From positions 1 to 62,196 of the forward strand of contig CAMAPH010000015.1 of assembly GCA_945859975.1 (NCBI GenBank): a stretch of 62,196 bases of DNA, read 5' to 3'. The stretch comes from Chthonomonas calidirosea (GTDB taxonomy: Bacteria; Armatimonadota; Fimbriimonadia; Fimbriimonadales; Fimbriimonadaceae). The notes beneath the pieces were generated by a model that was given only the letters and a program-made list of their open reading frames with translations, was not told the DNA's origin and made no database searches. Position 1 is the stretch's first letter. Every line of letters starts with the position of its first letter. The position numbers and the translations under genes are program-made. Positions 9,646 through 19,334 of this stretch are shown here, piece after piece.

Positions 9646-10341
9646 GTGGATCCATTCATCACCGCCCTGCGGCTTTTTGGCAGAGACAAGAAGCTTCGCA
9701 AACTCTGTACGGTGCCCCTGCTCATCGGCATCGTTCTATTCGGATTTGTGTCGTATTCCAGCTTTAACTTCTTCGTGCCAAAAATCGCTGGCTTGGGTTT
9801 GCCAGGTTGGCTAGCCACCATTGCCTACTTGGTGGTTTGGTGGACGATTGCTGGCGCCGTGTTCAGTACCGTGTTGCTGAGTGTGGCTGGCTGGGCGTTT
9901 GATGCAATCGCTCGTCGAACCGACGAACTCCTCGGCGTAACGCCTAGATCTGCCGGCTTTTCCGCCGGCGACGGATTCAAAGACAACCTGAAGCGATTCG
10001 CCTTCGGAATGTCATTGAGCTTCGTTGGACTCATTGCCGGAATCTTCCTCCCGGTCATCGGAAGCGTGGCCGTCTTCGGCTTCCTGAGCCTGCTCGACAC
10101 CACCGCGCCAGCCATGCAGCGCCGCGGAATCGGCCTCAAGCAAAGCTTCAAGATCGGACCGAAACTTCCGAACGCCCTCGCGTATGCCGCGCCGATCGGC
10201 ATGTTGGCAACTCTGCCGGTTGTCAGTGCCTTGCTGATGCCGCTTCTCGTCATCGCTGGTTCCGTCCTCGTAGCGCGAACGAATCCCACGCCGCAAGACG
10301 CTCTTTCGAACGCAACCTCAAACGATTTGCGTAGAATCTAA
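9646..10341 (+). CDS. EI24/CysZ-like membrane protein
   Basis: Hydrophobic; 'PLLI', 'FDAIARR.DE', 'PAMQRRG' pattern typical of the family. Confidence 0.65.
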   Translation: MDPFITALRLFGRDKKLRKLCTVPLLIGIVLFGFVSYSSFNFFVPKIAGLGLPGWLATIAYLVVWWTIAGAVFSTVLLSVAGWAFDAIARRTDELLGVTPRSAGFSAGDGFKDNLKRFAFGMSLSFVGLIAGIFLPVIGSVAVFGFLSLLDTTAPAMQRRGIGLKQSFKIGPKLPNALAYAAPIGMLATLPVVSALLMPLLVIAGSVLVARTNPTPQDALSNATSNDLRRI

Positions 10342-10343
10342 TC

Positions 10344-11525
10344 GTGCAAACCCGACCAGACGTCCGTGGCCGTTTCGGAGCTTTCGGCGGACGATACGTT
10401 CCAGAAACGCTCGTCCCCGCGCTTGATCAGCTAGAAGCGGAGTTCGAAAAAGCCTGGTCGGATACTGCCTTCCGCGCCGAGTTCCAGCGATACCTGCATG
10501 AATACGTTGGTCGCCCAACGCCGATTACTGAAGCTCGCCGCCTCAGCGACGAGCTAAACCTCCATGTCGTGGTGAAAAGGGAAGACCTCAACCACACCGG
10601 CGCGCACAAGATCAACAACGCCCTCGGCCAAGCCCTCCTCGCCATCCGAATGGGCAAAAAGCGCATCATTGCCGAAACCGGTGCCGGACAACACGGCGTG
10701 GCTACTGCGACTGTTTGCGCTCTGTTCGGACTGGAGTGCGAAGTCTATATGGGAGTCGAAGACACGGTTCGGCAAGAACTGAACGTCTTCCGCATGAAGC
10801 TCCTCGGCGCAAAGGTGAACCCTGTCGACAGCGGCACCAAAACGCTGAAAGACGCCCTGAATGAAGCGATGCGCGACTGGGTGACAAACGTTAACGACAC
10901 CCATTACATCATCGGCACCGCCGCCGGTCCCCACCCGTACCCGTACATGGTGCGTGAATTCCAGCGCGTGATCGGAGACGAATCCCGCGAACAGTACTTG
11001 GATCGATACGGTCGACTTCCAGAACTCGCTATCGCCTGCGTCGGCGGCGGATCGAACGCGATCGGTTTCTTTAGCGGTTTCATTAACGACCCCGAAGTGA
11101 AGCTGCTTGGCGTAGAAGCTGGCGGCCTGGGTCTAGATTCCGGCCAGCACGCCGCGCCACTTTCGGCAGGCAGCCCCGGTGTTCTTCATGGCAGCTACAG
11201 CTACCTGATGCAAGATGACGACGGCCAAGTCATCGGAACGCACTCCGTCTCCGCCGGACTCGATTATCCGGGCGTTGGCGCGGAACATTCTTTCCTGAAA
11301 GATGCCGGCCGAGCTGAATACATCGCCGTTTCAGATGAAGACGCGCTGGAAGCCTTGCAGCAGGTTTCTCGAAAAGAAGGGCTCATTCCGGCCTTCGAAA
11401 CCGCCCACGCGTTTGCGCCGCTATGGAATCCAGAAATCGTCCCACCCGGAACGCGCGTGCTCGTCAATATGTCCGGCCGCGGCGACAAGGACATGGGCAC
11501 CGCGGCGAAAATTCTTAAGCTTTAG
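10344..11525 (+). CDS. trpB: Tryptophan synthase beta chain
   Basis: [23 protein letters not shown] (PLP Lys), [34 protein letters not shown]. Confidence 0.98.
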   Translation: MQTRPDVRGRFGAFGGRYVPETLVPALDQLEAEFEKAWSDTAFRAEFQRYLHEYVGRPTPITEARRLSDELNLHVVVKREDLNHTGAHKINNALGQALLAIRMGKKRIIAETGAGQHGVATATVCALFGLECEVYMGVEDTVRQELNVFRMKLLGAKVNPVDSGTKTLKDALNEAMRDWVTNVNDTHYIIGTAAGPHPYPYMVREFQRVIGDESREQYLDRYGRLPELAIACVGGGSNAIGFFSGFINDPEVKLLGVEAGGLGLDSGQHAAPLSAGSPGVLHGSYSYLMQDDDGQVIGTHSVSAGLDYPGVGAEHSFLKDAGRAEYIAVSDEDALEALQQVSRKEGLIPAFETAHAFAPLWNPEIVPPGTRVLVNMSGRGDKDMGTAAKILKL

Positions 11526-12028
11526 TTCGTGGCCGGGAGGTAAGTCCAGTCGCCCGGCTGTGGCGCTGGCAAGATGTTGACGAGACGCGGTTCGGCAAGA
11601 CAAGCGCCGTGAACCGTCCGTACCGCAAGCGACTCCACTCCGGTGACGTCTATGACAAATCGCGTCACGGTAGGACCGTACAGTGGCTTGTCTAGAGCGA
11701 CAACGCCGTCGAGCTTGACGACGAGTCGGTTGTAAAAAGCGTTCTCAGAAAGGGTCTTAACGTCGCGAACCCCGGCGTAGCCGACTAAGTACTTGTGCTT
11801 TCGTTTGAGGTCGTAGACGACCTTGCAGTCTTCTTCGTCGGTGATGTTCACATTTGGATAGGTCTGATCCAGCTCGAATCCGAAATCAAAGAGCCGATCT
11901 CCCATCGCAAACTTGCTGTTCAATTTCCGGTAGTTCTTAACCTCAACCGGCGAAAGCGCGGTCAGAGACTTGCCCTCGGCAGCAACGGGAGAGAGGATCG
12001 CAACGGCACAGAGAACGGTTAGCATCAT
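11522..12028 (-). CDS. Secreted hypothetical protein, NPCBM-like
   Basis: Signal peptide; VYDL..K...L.GYAGV.D, IDVTGV pattern. Confidence 0.5.
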   Translation of the reverse strand: MMLTVLCAVAILSPVAAEGKSLTALSPVEVKNYRKLNSKFAMGDRLFDFGFELDQTYPNVNITDEEDCKVVYDLKRKHKYLVGYAGVRDVKTLSENAFYNRLVVKLDGVVALDKPLYGPTVTRFVIDVTGVESLAVRTVHGACLAEPRLVNILPAPQPGDWTYLPATN

Positions 12029-12062
12029 ATGGATTATGGCATCTGGCGTTCAATGGTCCATG

Positions 12063-12106
12063 AAAAAGTCGGCGATCCCTGTTACTGAGATCGCCGACTG
12101 GTTTTT
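12063..12106 (-). terminator. Intrinsic terminator, possibly bidirectional
   Basis: Stem AGTCGGCGATC / GATCGCCGACT with A and T tracts on either side. Confidence 0.75.
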
Positions 12107-12113
12107 CAAAAGG

Positions 12114-12305
12114 CTACTCTGGGGCAGCTTTTGACTTGTTTTCTTCTTGCTTCGTTTCCGTTCCGTCGCCTTTACCTTTCATCGGCCCATTGTAGTAGCC
12201 CGGAGCATCGATCTTTTGATTAGGATCAACATCTCCAGAACCACAACCACCTAAGCCAACGATAGCGGCTGTGACAAGAACTGTCGCAAAAGCTTTCGTT
12301 ACCAT
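12114..12305 (-). CDS. Small lipoprotein
   Basis: Signal peptide with LGGC lipobox; 4 nt after the prepilin-like gene. Confidence 0.7.
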   Translation of the reverse strand: MVTKAFATVLVTAAIVGLGGCGSGDVDPNQKIDAPGYYNGPMKGKGDGTETKQEENKSKAAPE

Positions 12306-12309
12306 GCTC

Positions 12310-13185
12310 TTACTGGTTCCAGTTGTAGTACTTCATGAAGTACTGGCCGGAAGCATTCTGCTGCAGGTATCGCTGGTTGTTGCCCTTAACAAACTTCACG
12401 TGGGAGTCTGTAAAGCCAACGTTGCCGCCGCCTTTGTACATCGATGCTGACTCACAACCGGTTGTAAGACCGAAACCACCCGTTGCGATAACGCCGGTGA
12501 AGCCGTCGGTAATGAACGCCGTCTCGGCTGGGCTGCCGACCTGCTGGAGGCTCATCGTGTGGTTCAAAGCAACCGTCGGGCTGTTCGCGGCACGTGGAAG
12601 ATAGCTACCCGCAAACGCATAAATCGGGTTTGATGGAGTTCCGGCCGTTGCGTCTGCTGGACCCCAAGCTTGTGGATTCCAACCGATGTTGTTTGCTGGG
12701 AACGTGATGCCGAAGTGTGAGTGGACCCAGCGAACAGGTACCCATGAATCGAGGGCTCCCGCGCCGTCGCAGTCATCCATGTTCGCGGCCTTTCGCCACT
12801 TCTCTTGGTCCCACGTTGGGCTGTTGTGAAGGCCGTTCGGCGGAACACCAACTGCTGTCGTACCCAGTCCCGGGCCAAGAACTGGCTTGCCGTTCTTCAG
12901 GTACGTGTCAAACGCCTGTGCCCACGAAACGATGTCATCGCGGTAGTAGCCGTTCGCTGGCAAGTTGGTTCGAGTGATGTAGCTGGGGAACACGTCCTCA
13001 GAGTCAGTCATGTAAAGGGCACATCCAATACTGATCTGCTTCTGATTGCTCAGAACCTGAGTAGCCTTGGCGGCTTCCTTCGCCTGAGCGAAGACTGGGA
13101 AGAGGATGGCGGCAAGAATCGCGATGATTGCGATTACGACGAGCAATTCAATAAGGGTAAACGCGCGTTTAAGCATGGTATTCAT
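12310..13185 (-). CDS. Prepilin-type N-terminal methylation domain protein (DUF1559/H-X9-DG-like)
   Basis: KRAFTLIELLVVIAIIAILAAILFPVFAQAKEAAK; C-terminal Y-KGGGNVGFT-DSHVK. Confidence 0.9.
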   Translation of the reverse strand: MNTMLKRAFTLIELLVVIAIIAILAAILFPVFAQAKEAAKATQVLSNQKQISIGCALYMTDSEDVFPSYITRTNLPANGYYRDDIVSWAQAFDTYLKNGKPVLGPGLGTTAVGVPPNGLHNSPTWDQEKWRKAANMDDCDGAGALDSWVPVRWVHSHFGITFPANNIGWNPQAWGPADATAGTPSNPIYAFAGSYLPRAANSPTVALNHTMSLQQVGSPAETAFITDGFTGVIATGGFGLTTGCESASMYKGGGNVGFTDSHVKFVKGNNQRYLQQNASGQYFMKYYNWNQ

Positions 13186-13349
13186 GGGGGCCGACAAGCT
13201 CGGCCAATCCAGAGTGGATAGGAACATACAACAGGTCAGATGCAATTCCAAGCCGCCAAAAGACTTATGCGTAAAATTGCTGAATATGCAGCAAAAAAAT
13301 GGACTGAATTTCTTGACTTTAACCTGAACTTAAAACATCAGAATCGAAG

Positions 13350-14552
13350 TCACTCCGCGCGAATCGCGGCGACTGGATCCATCTTTGATGCCTTGATCGC
13401 CGGGATCAACCCAAAAATCGCCCCCACGCCAACGCAAACCCCGATCGCCAGCCCGATAATTTCCGGCGTAATCATCGGCTTCACCGGCGTGTATTGCGCC
13501 AACAGGCCGCAAACAAACCAGCTAAACACAATCCCCACCGCGCCGCCGACGACGGAGATGACAACCGCCTCGGCAAGGAACTGGATGAAGATGTCGCGTC
13601 GCGTCGCACCCGTCGTCTTGCGAATCCCGATCTCCTTGGTCCGCTCGTTCACGCTCATCAGCATCACGGCCATGATGCCAACTCCCGCCACAAACAGCGC
13701 AATCGAAGTCAGTCCCGTAAGCAACCAGGTGAGAATGCTCATCAGCTTGTAGACCAAGCCAAGAATCTGCTCCTGGGTCAACACGCTGTACTGCTCCTGC
13801 GAGAGCCGCTCACCAAGCTTGCCTTCCAGGCTCTTGATCAGCGCCTTTGGCTCCGTCTCCGGCTCAATCTGGATCATGATGCGGTCCGTCTGCAGATTCG
13901 GCGTGATCGACTGAATGAACGGATAGGGAAGATAGACCAGATTCTCAAATCCACCCATCGAGAACAAGCTCTCTTCCGCCTTCTTGTCCTGCGTAACCCC
14001 GACTACCCGATAGGTTTTGCCGTTCACGACCACCGGTTGACCAATCGCCGAAGCGTCTCCGAACAGCTCACGCTTTGCAATGGACCCGATCACGCAAACC
14101 GGCTTCGAAAGCTCCTCCGTCTCAAAGCCCCGGCCCTCAATGAAGGTCGTCTTGCGCATGTTGAACCAGCTCGGTTCAGTCGCAACCAAAAGCGGGTTCG
14201 CGCGCTTCTTTCCGGAGCGAATTCCGCCGCCAACAAACGTAAACGGAATAGCGTCCACCACGCCTTTCACCGTCTCTAGGCGCTCTGTATCGGTCGGCTT
14301 CAGGTAGCTCATTCCACCCAGATTCGGGTTGAAGTTGCCAAAGTCGATCCGACCAGGAATGACCACGAGCACGTTGACGCCGAGGCCCTCAACTTGCCCC
14401 TTAACGTCCGCCTGAACTCCCGTAGCGATGCTTACGAGCAGCACAATCGCGCTGCAACCCACCATGATTCCAACCGCGCTCAGAATAGCGCGCTGCCACT
14501 GCTCCCGAAGACTTCTCAGAGCAGATAGAATGTTCGCGCTTACGATGGACAC
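13350..14552 (-). CDS. MacB/FtsX-like ABC transporter permease
   Basis: LSAVGIMVG, periplasmic domain, SVNERTKEIGIRK..GA, GLIPA.KAS..DP. Confidence 0.9.
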   Translation of the reverse strand: MSIVSANILSALRSLREQWQRAILSAVGIMVGCSAIVLLVSIATGVQADVKGQVEGLGVNVLVVIPGRIDFGNFNPNLGGMSYLKPTDTERLETVKGVVDAIPFTFVGGGIRSGKKRANPLLVATEPSWFNMRKTTFIEGRGFETEELSKPVCVIGSIAKRELFGDASAIGQPVVVNGKTYRVVGVTQDKKAEESLFSMGGFENLVYLPYPFIQSITPNLQTDRIMIQIEPETEPKALIKSLEGKLGERLSQEQYSVLTQEQILGLVYKLMSILTWLLTGLTSIALFVAGVGIMAVMLMSVNERTKEIGIRKTTGATRRDIFIQFLAEAVVISVVGGAVGIVFSWFVCGLLAQYTPVKPMITPEIIGLAIGVCVGVGAIFGLIPAIKASKMDPVAAIRAE

Positions 14553-14600
14553 AAGGGGATTCTACGTACCGTGATCACAATTTGACGGGCTAAAGCTGAA

Positions 14601-15896
14601 TTAGGCGAGAACCGCTTCTCGCCCGACCATGCTTCGTCCGTGTGCGATGTAGTAGTCGAACTCTTCTCGGAAGACCTTGACCATGCCCTTCACTGGCCAC
14701 GCTGCGGCGTCGCCAAGCGGGCAGAAGCTTCGGCCATCAATCTGGTCAGCAACCTGCACGAGCAAGTCCACATCACCTTCGCGGCCCTGTCCGTTCACGA
14801 TCCGCTCAAGAATCTGAACCATCCAGCGCGTACCTTCGCGGCAAGGCGTGCACTTTCCGCAGGATTCGTTCATGTAGAACACGGCGGTTCTCCAGCAGAA
14901 CTTCACAATGTCCGTGGTGTCGTTGAGCACCATGCACCCGCCCGAGCCGACCATCGAGCCCGAAGCCATCATTTCCTCGTAGCCAATGATCGCCTCTTGG
15001 GTTTTCGCGACGTCCAGAATCGGCATGGAAGATCCGCCTGGGATGCACGCCTTCATCGTTCCGCGCACGCCACCCGCAAGCTCAATGAGCTCCATCAGCG
15101 GTGTGCCGAACTCGACTTCATAGTTGCCCGGCTTGTTCACGTGACCACTTACCGAGAAAATCTTCGTTCCGCGTGAGTTCTTCGTGGAAGCTCCAAGGGA
15201 CGCCCACCATTCCGCGCCGCGGTCGATGATGTACGGCACGTTCGAGTAGCTCTCGACGTTGTGGATGAGCGTCGGCTTATCCCAGACGCCCTTGATAACG
15301 GGGAACGGAGCGTGCGGGAACTTGAGCCGTGGCATGCCGCGCTCGCCCATCAAACTGCTCATCAACGCCGTCTCTTCACCGCACTCATAGCTACCCGCGC
15401 CAAGGTGAATGTAAAGGTCAAAGTTGAACCCTTCGATGCCCATGATGTTCTTGCCGAGCAGGTTCGCTTTATAAGCCTCGTCGATTGCCTCTCGAAGATT
15501 CTTTGCCGCGTCCATGAACTCGCCGCGAATATAAACGTAACCGGCATCGCCCTGAACGGCATATCCGGCAATCGTCATGCCTTCAACGAGCTCGAAAGGA
15601 CACGTTTCTAAAAGCTGCTTGTCCTTGAAAGTTCCGGGCTCACCCTCGTCTGCGTTGCAGATCAAGTAGTGCTCGGTCTTCTTTTCCTTCGGCATGCCGC
15701 CCCATTTCAGGGCCGCTGGCGCGCCTGCGCCGCCTCGGCCGCGAAGGCCAGAAGTCTTGATCGAATCAACAATCGCCGACCGCTCCATGGCCACTGCTTT
15801 TTCGAGCCCTTTATAGCCGCCCTTGGCTTTATAGCCCTCAAGGGTTCGGAACGTGGGATCGTTGGTGTGCTCGAAAAGGAGTTTGTATTCAGCCAT
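14601..15896 (-). CDS. nuoF: NADH:quinone oxidoreductase subunit F
   Basis: SGLRGRGGAG, CNADEGEPGTFKD, GAGSYECGEETAL, ESCGKCTPCREG, FCPLGD. Confidence 0.95.
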   Translation of the reverse strand: MAEYKLLFEHTNDPTFRTLEGYKAKGGYKGLEKAVAMERSAIVDSIKTSGLRGRGGAGAPAALKWGGMPKEKKTEHYLICNADEGEPGTFKDKQLLETCPFELVEGMTIAGYAVQGDAGYVYIRGEFMDAAKNLREAIDEAYKANLLGKNIMGIEGFNFDLYIHLGAGSYECGEETALMSSLMGERGMPRLKFPHAPFPVIKGVWDKPTLIHNVESYSNVPYIIDRGAEWWASLGASTKNSRGTKIFSVSGHVNKPGNYEVEFGTPLMELIELAGGVRGTMKACIPGGSSMPILDVAKTQEAIIGYEEMMASGSMVGSGGCMVLNDTTDIVKFCWRTAVFYMNESCGKCTPCREGTRWMVQILERIVNGQGREGDVDLLVQVADQIDGRSFCPLGDAAAWPVKGMVKVFREEFDYYIAHGRSMVGREAVLA

Positions 15897-15916
15897 GGTT
15901 GAACGCCTAGATACTA

Positions 15917-16672
15917 CTACGAATCAGCCGCCGAGTTCACGTCGCCAGCGATCGGCTTCTGCAGTATCCGATATAGAAACGGACCTTTTTCGCGAGCATA
16001 TCGAACGTGCCACCCGAAATCTGGCGTCGCAGACAGCCAAACCGTCCGGTCAGATCTCGGATGTCCGGTCTCTGCACGATGCCGCTCAGAAAACGTCTGC
16101 ACTGCCACAAGGGCCCCGGGCTTGGCCGACTCCGCAAGCCGTGTCCACAGCGGCAAATCGAAGAAGCGAACGAAAAGATAGACCTGCGCCTGCGGAATGT
16201 CGTAGTCACCACGCACGTCAGCGCACTGCCAATCGACCGGGTGCACCCCTGGCGCAGTCGCTTCAAGGCTCCGCGCACGGTCAATGCAGTCGGACAAAGA
16301 ATCAATCCCGGAAACTCGCCAGCCCAGCGAGGCCAGGAAAACCGCATCTCGCCCACCCCCGCATCCGAAGTCAACCGCCGTGTCGGGCTCCAAGTGCTTC
16401 GCGATCATGGCAATAAGCGGGGAAGGAGCCCATGCCCGTAAAGACCGTTGATCAGCAAGCCGATCTGGGCCGCTTCGAACCACATACCCAAGCGACCGCA
16501 ACTGTGCCTCTAACTCCTTTCCGGAGGCAGCTTGCAATTCACCGGAAGCCATCCAAACCGGCCGACTCGGCTCCGGCAACTGGCTCTTCCATCGTTTCAG
16601 GTCACCAGGATCGACCACGGTGCCAAATCGCGCTGGATCTGTGGTCAGCCACAACGATCGGACAAGGCCCAT
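15917..16672 (-). CDS. Class I SAM-dependent methyltransferase (TehB-like)
   Basis: AVDFGCGGGRDAVFLA..GW.V.GID motif. Confidence 0.8.
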   Translation of the reverse strand: MGLVRSLWLTTDPARFGTVVDPGDLKRWKSQLPEPSRPVWMASGELQAASGKELEAQLRSLGYVVRSGPDRLADQRSLRAWAPSPLIAMIAKHLEPDTAVDFGCGGGRDAVFLASLGWRVSGIDSLSDCIDRARSLEATAPGVHPVDWQCADVRGDYDIPQAQVYLFVRFFDLPLWTRLAESAKPGALVAVQTFSERHRAETGHPRSDRTVWLSATPDFGWHVRYAREKGPFLYRILQKPIAGDVNSAADS

Positions 16673-16674
16673 AC

Positions 16675-17211
16675 CTACGAGTTTGAAGCGAGATGATCTT
16701 TGCTGAGCAACCAGGAAACGTATTCACCGGCCCACATCCCGATCTCATCCTCTGCGGCGTATCCCGCGCCATACCGCAGGAAACTCGAATGCGGCATTTT
16801 GCAGAACGCAGCCGTTCGCTCAAATGGCTTCAGAAATTCTGGGCCGTGATACTTTCGGCTGCCGGTTGGAGCATATTCGTGCTCGCCTGCCCCAAGCGAA
16901 ACCGCCTGCAAAAATGGCTTTCCTTCTAAAGCGTAGCTCGGGCCATACGCCCAGCCGTGGGTCAGAACCGTATCGATCCACTTCTTCATCAGATACGGCG
17001 CGCCGTACCAGTACATGGGATGCTGGAACACCAAAACGTCGGCCGATTCGCAAACCGCGTGCTCTGCCGCGATGTCGATATTGTCGTCGGGATACAGGTC
17101 GTACATGTCCCGCACCACCGCTCCAGCCCCCCGTGCGGCATCTGCCAAAGCCCGGTTCACCCGAGAATCCAGCAGGTTCGCGTGGAAGACATTCACAACA
17201 ATTCGCATCAC
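16675..17211 (-). CDS. Flavodoxin-fold NAD(P)H oxidoreductase (KefF/KefG-like)
   Basis: SRVNRAL, D.YDLYPD, FQHPMYWY, KKWID.V...GWAYG. Confidence 0.88.
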   Translation of the reverse strand: MMRIVVNVFHANLLDSRVNRALADAARGAGAVVRDMYDLYPDDNIDIAAEHAVCESADVLVFQHPMYWYGAPYLMKKWIDTVLTHGWAYGPSYALEGKPFLQAVSLGAGEHEYAPTGSRKYHGPEFLKPFERTAAFCKMPHSSFLRYGAGYAAEDEIGMWAGEYVSWLLSKDHLASNS

Positions 17212-17272
17212 TTAAATGTTTGGTCCTGGGTGCGCTTAAAGGTGTCCCGCAAAAATGCGAGTAAAGCTCATA

Positions 17273-18364
17273 TTACACGTTGAACCGGAAAAGCATCACA
17301 TCGCCTTCTTGCACGATGTACTCTTTTCCTTCGCTTCGGACCAAGCCCTTTTCCTTCGCCGCGTTCATCGATCCGTGAGTCACCAGGTCGTTGTAGGCAA
17401 CCGTTTCGGCCCGGATGAAACCGCGCTCGAAGTCGCTGTGGATCACGCCCGCCGCTTGCGGCGCGGTCATGCCCTTCGTAATCGTCCAGGCTCTCGTCTC
17501 TTTGGGGCCCGTGGTGAAGTAGGTCTGTAGTCCGAGCAAGCTGAAGCTCGCCCGGATCAAGCTCTGCAGCCCGCCTTCCTTCACGCCAAGCGATTCCAAG
17601 AAGTCTTGTCGGTCCTCGTCCGACAACTCAACGAGTTCCGATTCAACCTGCGCGGAGATCGTGATCGTTTGCGATCCTTCAGCAGCAGCGATTTTCTCAA
17701 CCTGACGCACCCAATCATTGCCGGTCGCAAGGTCATCCTCGCTGACGTTGGCAGCGTAGATGATCGGCTTCTTGCTCAGCAGGCCAAGCCCTCGAATTCC
17801 GTTCTCTTCATCCTCGGTCAGCGGAACCAGGCGGGCCGACTTGCCATCGTTCAGGGCCGGAATGATCTTCTCCAGCGCATCAATCTCGTACTGCGCTTCC
17901 TTCTTCGTCTTCAGGTCCTTGCGGGCACGCTCAATCCGTCGCTCCGCCTGGAAGAGGTCGGATAGCACGAGCTCTAGATTGATGATCTCAATGTCCCGAA
18001 CCGGGTCTACCGAACCTGCGACGTGAATGATATCGTCGTTTTCGAAGCACCGAACCACGTGAACAATCGCATCGACTTCGCGAATGTTGGCCAAAAACTG
18101 GTTGCCGAGTCCTTCACCGGTGCTCGCTCCCTTGACGAGTCCCGCGATGTCAACGAACTCCATTCGCGCCGGCAGAATAGCTTCCGAACCGGAAATCTTC
18201 GCTAAAACCTCAAGCCGAGGATCGGGCACGGTGACCATGCCGACGTTCGGCTCAATGGTGCAGAAAGGGAAGTTGGCGGCTTGGGCTTGGGCGTTCGCTA
18301 CGACCGCATTAAAGAGGGTGGACTTTCCGACGTTCGGCAGTCCGACATTTCCGGCACGTAACAT
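17273..18364 (-). CDS. ychF: Redox-regulated ribosome-binding ATPase YchF
   Basis: GLPNVGKSTLFNA, NFPFCTIEPN, DIAGLVKGAS.GEGLGNQFL, TGS domain ending FRFNV. Confidence 0.97.
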   Translation of the reverse strand: MLRAGNVGLPNVGKSTLFNAVVANAQAQAANFPFCTIEPNVGMVTVPDPRLEVLAKISGSEAILPARMEFVDIAGLVKGASTGEGLGNQFLANIREVDAIVHVVRCFENDDIIHVAGSVDPVRDIEIINLELVLSDLFQAERRIERARKDLKTKKEAQYEIDALEKIIPALNDGKSARLVPLTEDEENGIRGLGLLSKKPIIYAANVSEDDLATGNDWVRQVEKIAAAEGSQTITISAQVESELVELSDEDRQDFLESLGVKEGGLQSLIRASFSLLGLQTYFTTGPKETRAWTITKGMTAPQAAGVIHSDFERGFIRAETVAYNDLVTHGSMNAAKEKGLVRSEGKEYIVQEGDVMLFRFNV

Positions 18365-18406
18365 AAGGCGAGTGGAGTGTACCGGGACACGCCCGGTCCC
18401 CCGGCC

Positions 18407-19279
18407 TCAAATGCCGTTGTCGCCGAGAATCCGCAAGATCTCGCCGTCACTTGCCGCCGCGACGTTCATACCCTTTGGAACCTTCGGACGGCGGAAATGA
18501 ACGTAGTCAAACTTCGCGATCAGGTCCGGGTTCCCGGTCTTGATCACCGTTCCGTTGTGTTGCTGCGCGGACAGCTTGCTCGCACTCGGATAGTCCGTAT
18601 AAACCGTCATCCCAACCTGCAATGAGTCCGGCATATCCGGTCGCTGGTACCGCTTGTGAACCATCCATTCGCCATGCTGCTTGTGCAAGCAGACGATATT
18701 CGGCCCGATTTTTGCAATCTGCAAATAAGCTTCGCCGCCGGCTGCGGGAATCTTCTCCAAGTCCGACTGTCCGCCCGAGGTGGTTTTGACTTCGAACTGA
18801 TAGTTGCCCGATTGGTCCGCGCATCCCAAGCTAAGGAACACGTAATTCTCGCGTCCACCCTGCCAAGTGCGGGCGTTATCCGTTCGAGGCGTCCGAATCA
18901 TTAAGCCGCCGAGCGAAAACAAACTGTGCGGCGCGTCATTTCCGGCCCGATTTGTAGTCTGGAGCTTTGTGGTGACGATAAAGTCGCCCGTGACTTCCTT
19001 GTAAACGAGTGGCCCGCGATAGTCCATGTACCAAGTACTGGTGTACGGGATCATCGTAAGCCACCCAGCATCCGCCTTGAAAGTCTGCAGTTGGTCCGCG
19101 TTCCAACCCTCGGTGACGTCTACATGCTTCCAAGCACTCAACGCGCTTGAGGCATCAAAGTCATCGGAAAGACCGCCTAGCTCCGGCGCCGGACCTTGTT
19201 CCACCGTGGTCGAAGCAATCTCCGAGTGGCAACCCGCCAACATCACCCCGACAATACAGAGATAAGCGATCTTCTTCAT
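18407..19279 (-). CDS. Lipoprotein with probable ConA-like beta-sandwich domain
   Basis: MKKIAYLCIVGVMLAGC lipobox; YKEVTGDF..T, GGLMIR, LQVGM. Confidence 0.65.
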   Translation of the reverse strand: MKKIAYLCIVGVMLAGCHSEIASTTVEQGPAPELGGLSDDFDASSALSAWKHVDVTEGWNADQLQTFKADAGWLTMIPYTSTWYMDYRGPLVYKEVTGDFIVTTKLQTTNRAGNDAPHSLFSLGGLMIRTPRTDNARTWQGGRENYVFLSLGCADQSGNYQFEVKTTSGGQSDLEKIPAAGGEAYLQIAKIGPNIVCLHKQHGEWMVHKRYQRPDMPDSLQVGMTVYTDYPSASKLSAQQHNGTVIKTGNPDLIAKFDYVHFRRPKVPKGMNVAAASDGEILRILGDNGI

Positions 19280-19334
19280 TGAATTCACCGTTTCATGTCG
19301 CAGACCGACGGCGACTTTATCATAACACCGAGAG

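Noticed and set aside
18347..18349. YchF 'GNVGLPN' instead of the usual 'GIVGLPN'
   Set aside because: Single-base difference (AAT vs ATT) that cannot be told from a sequencing error or neutral variant
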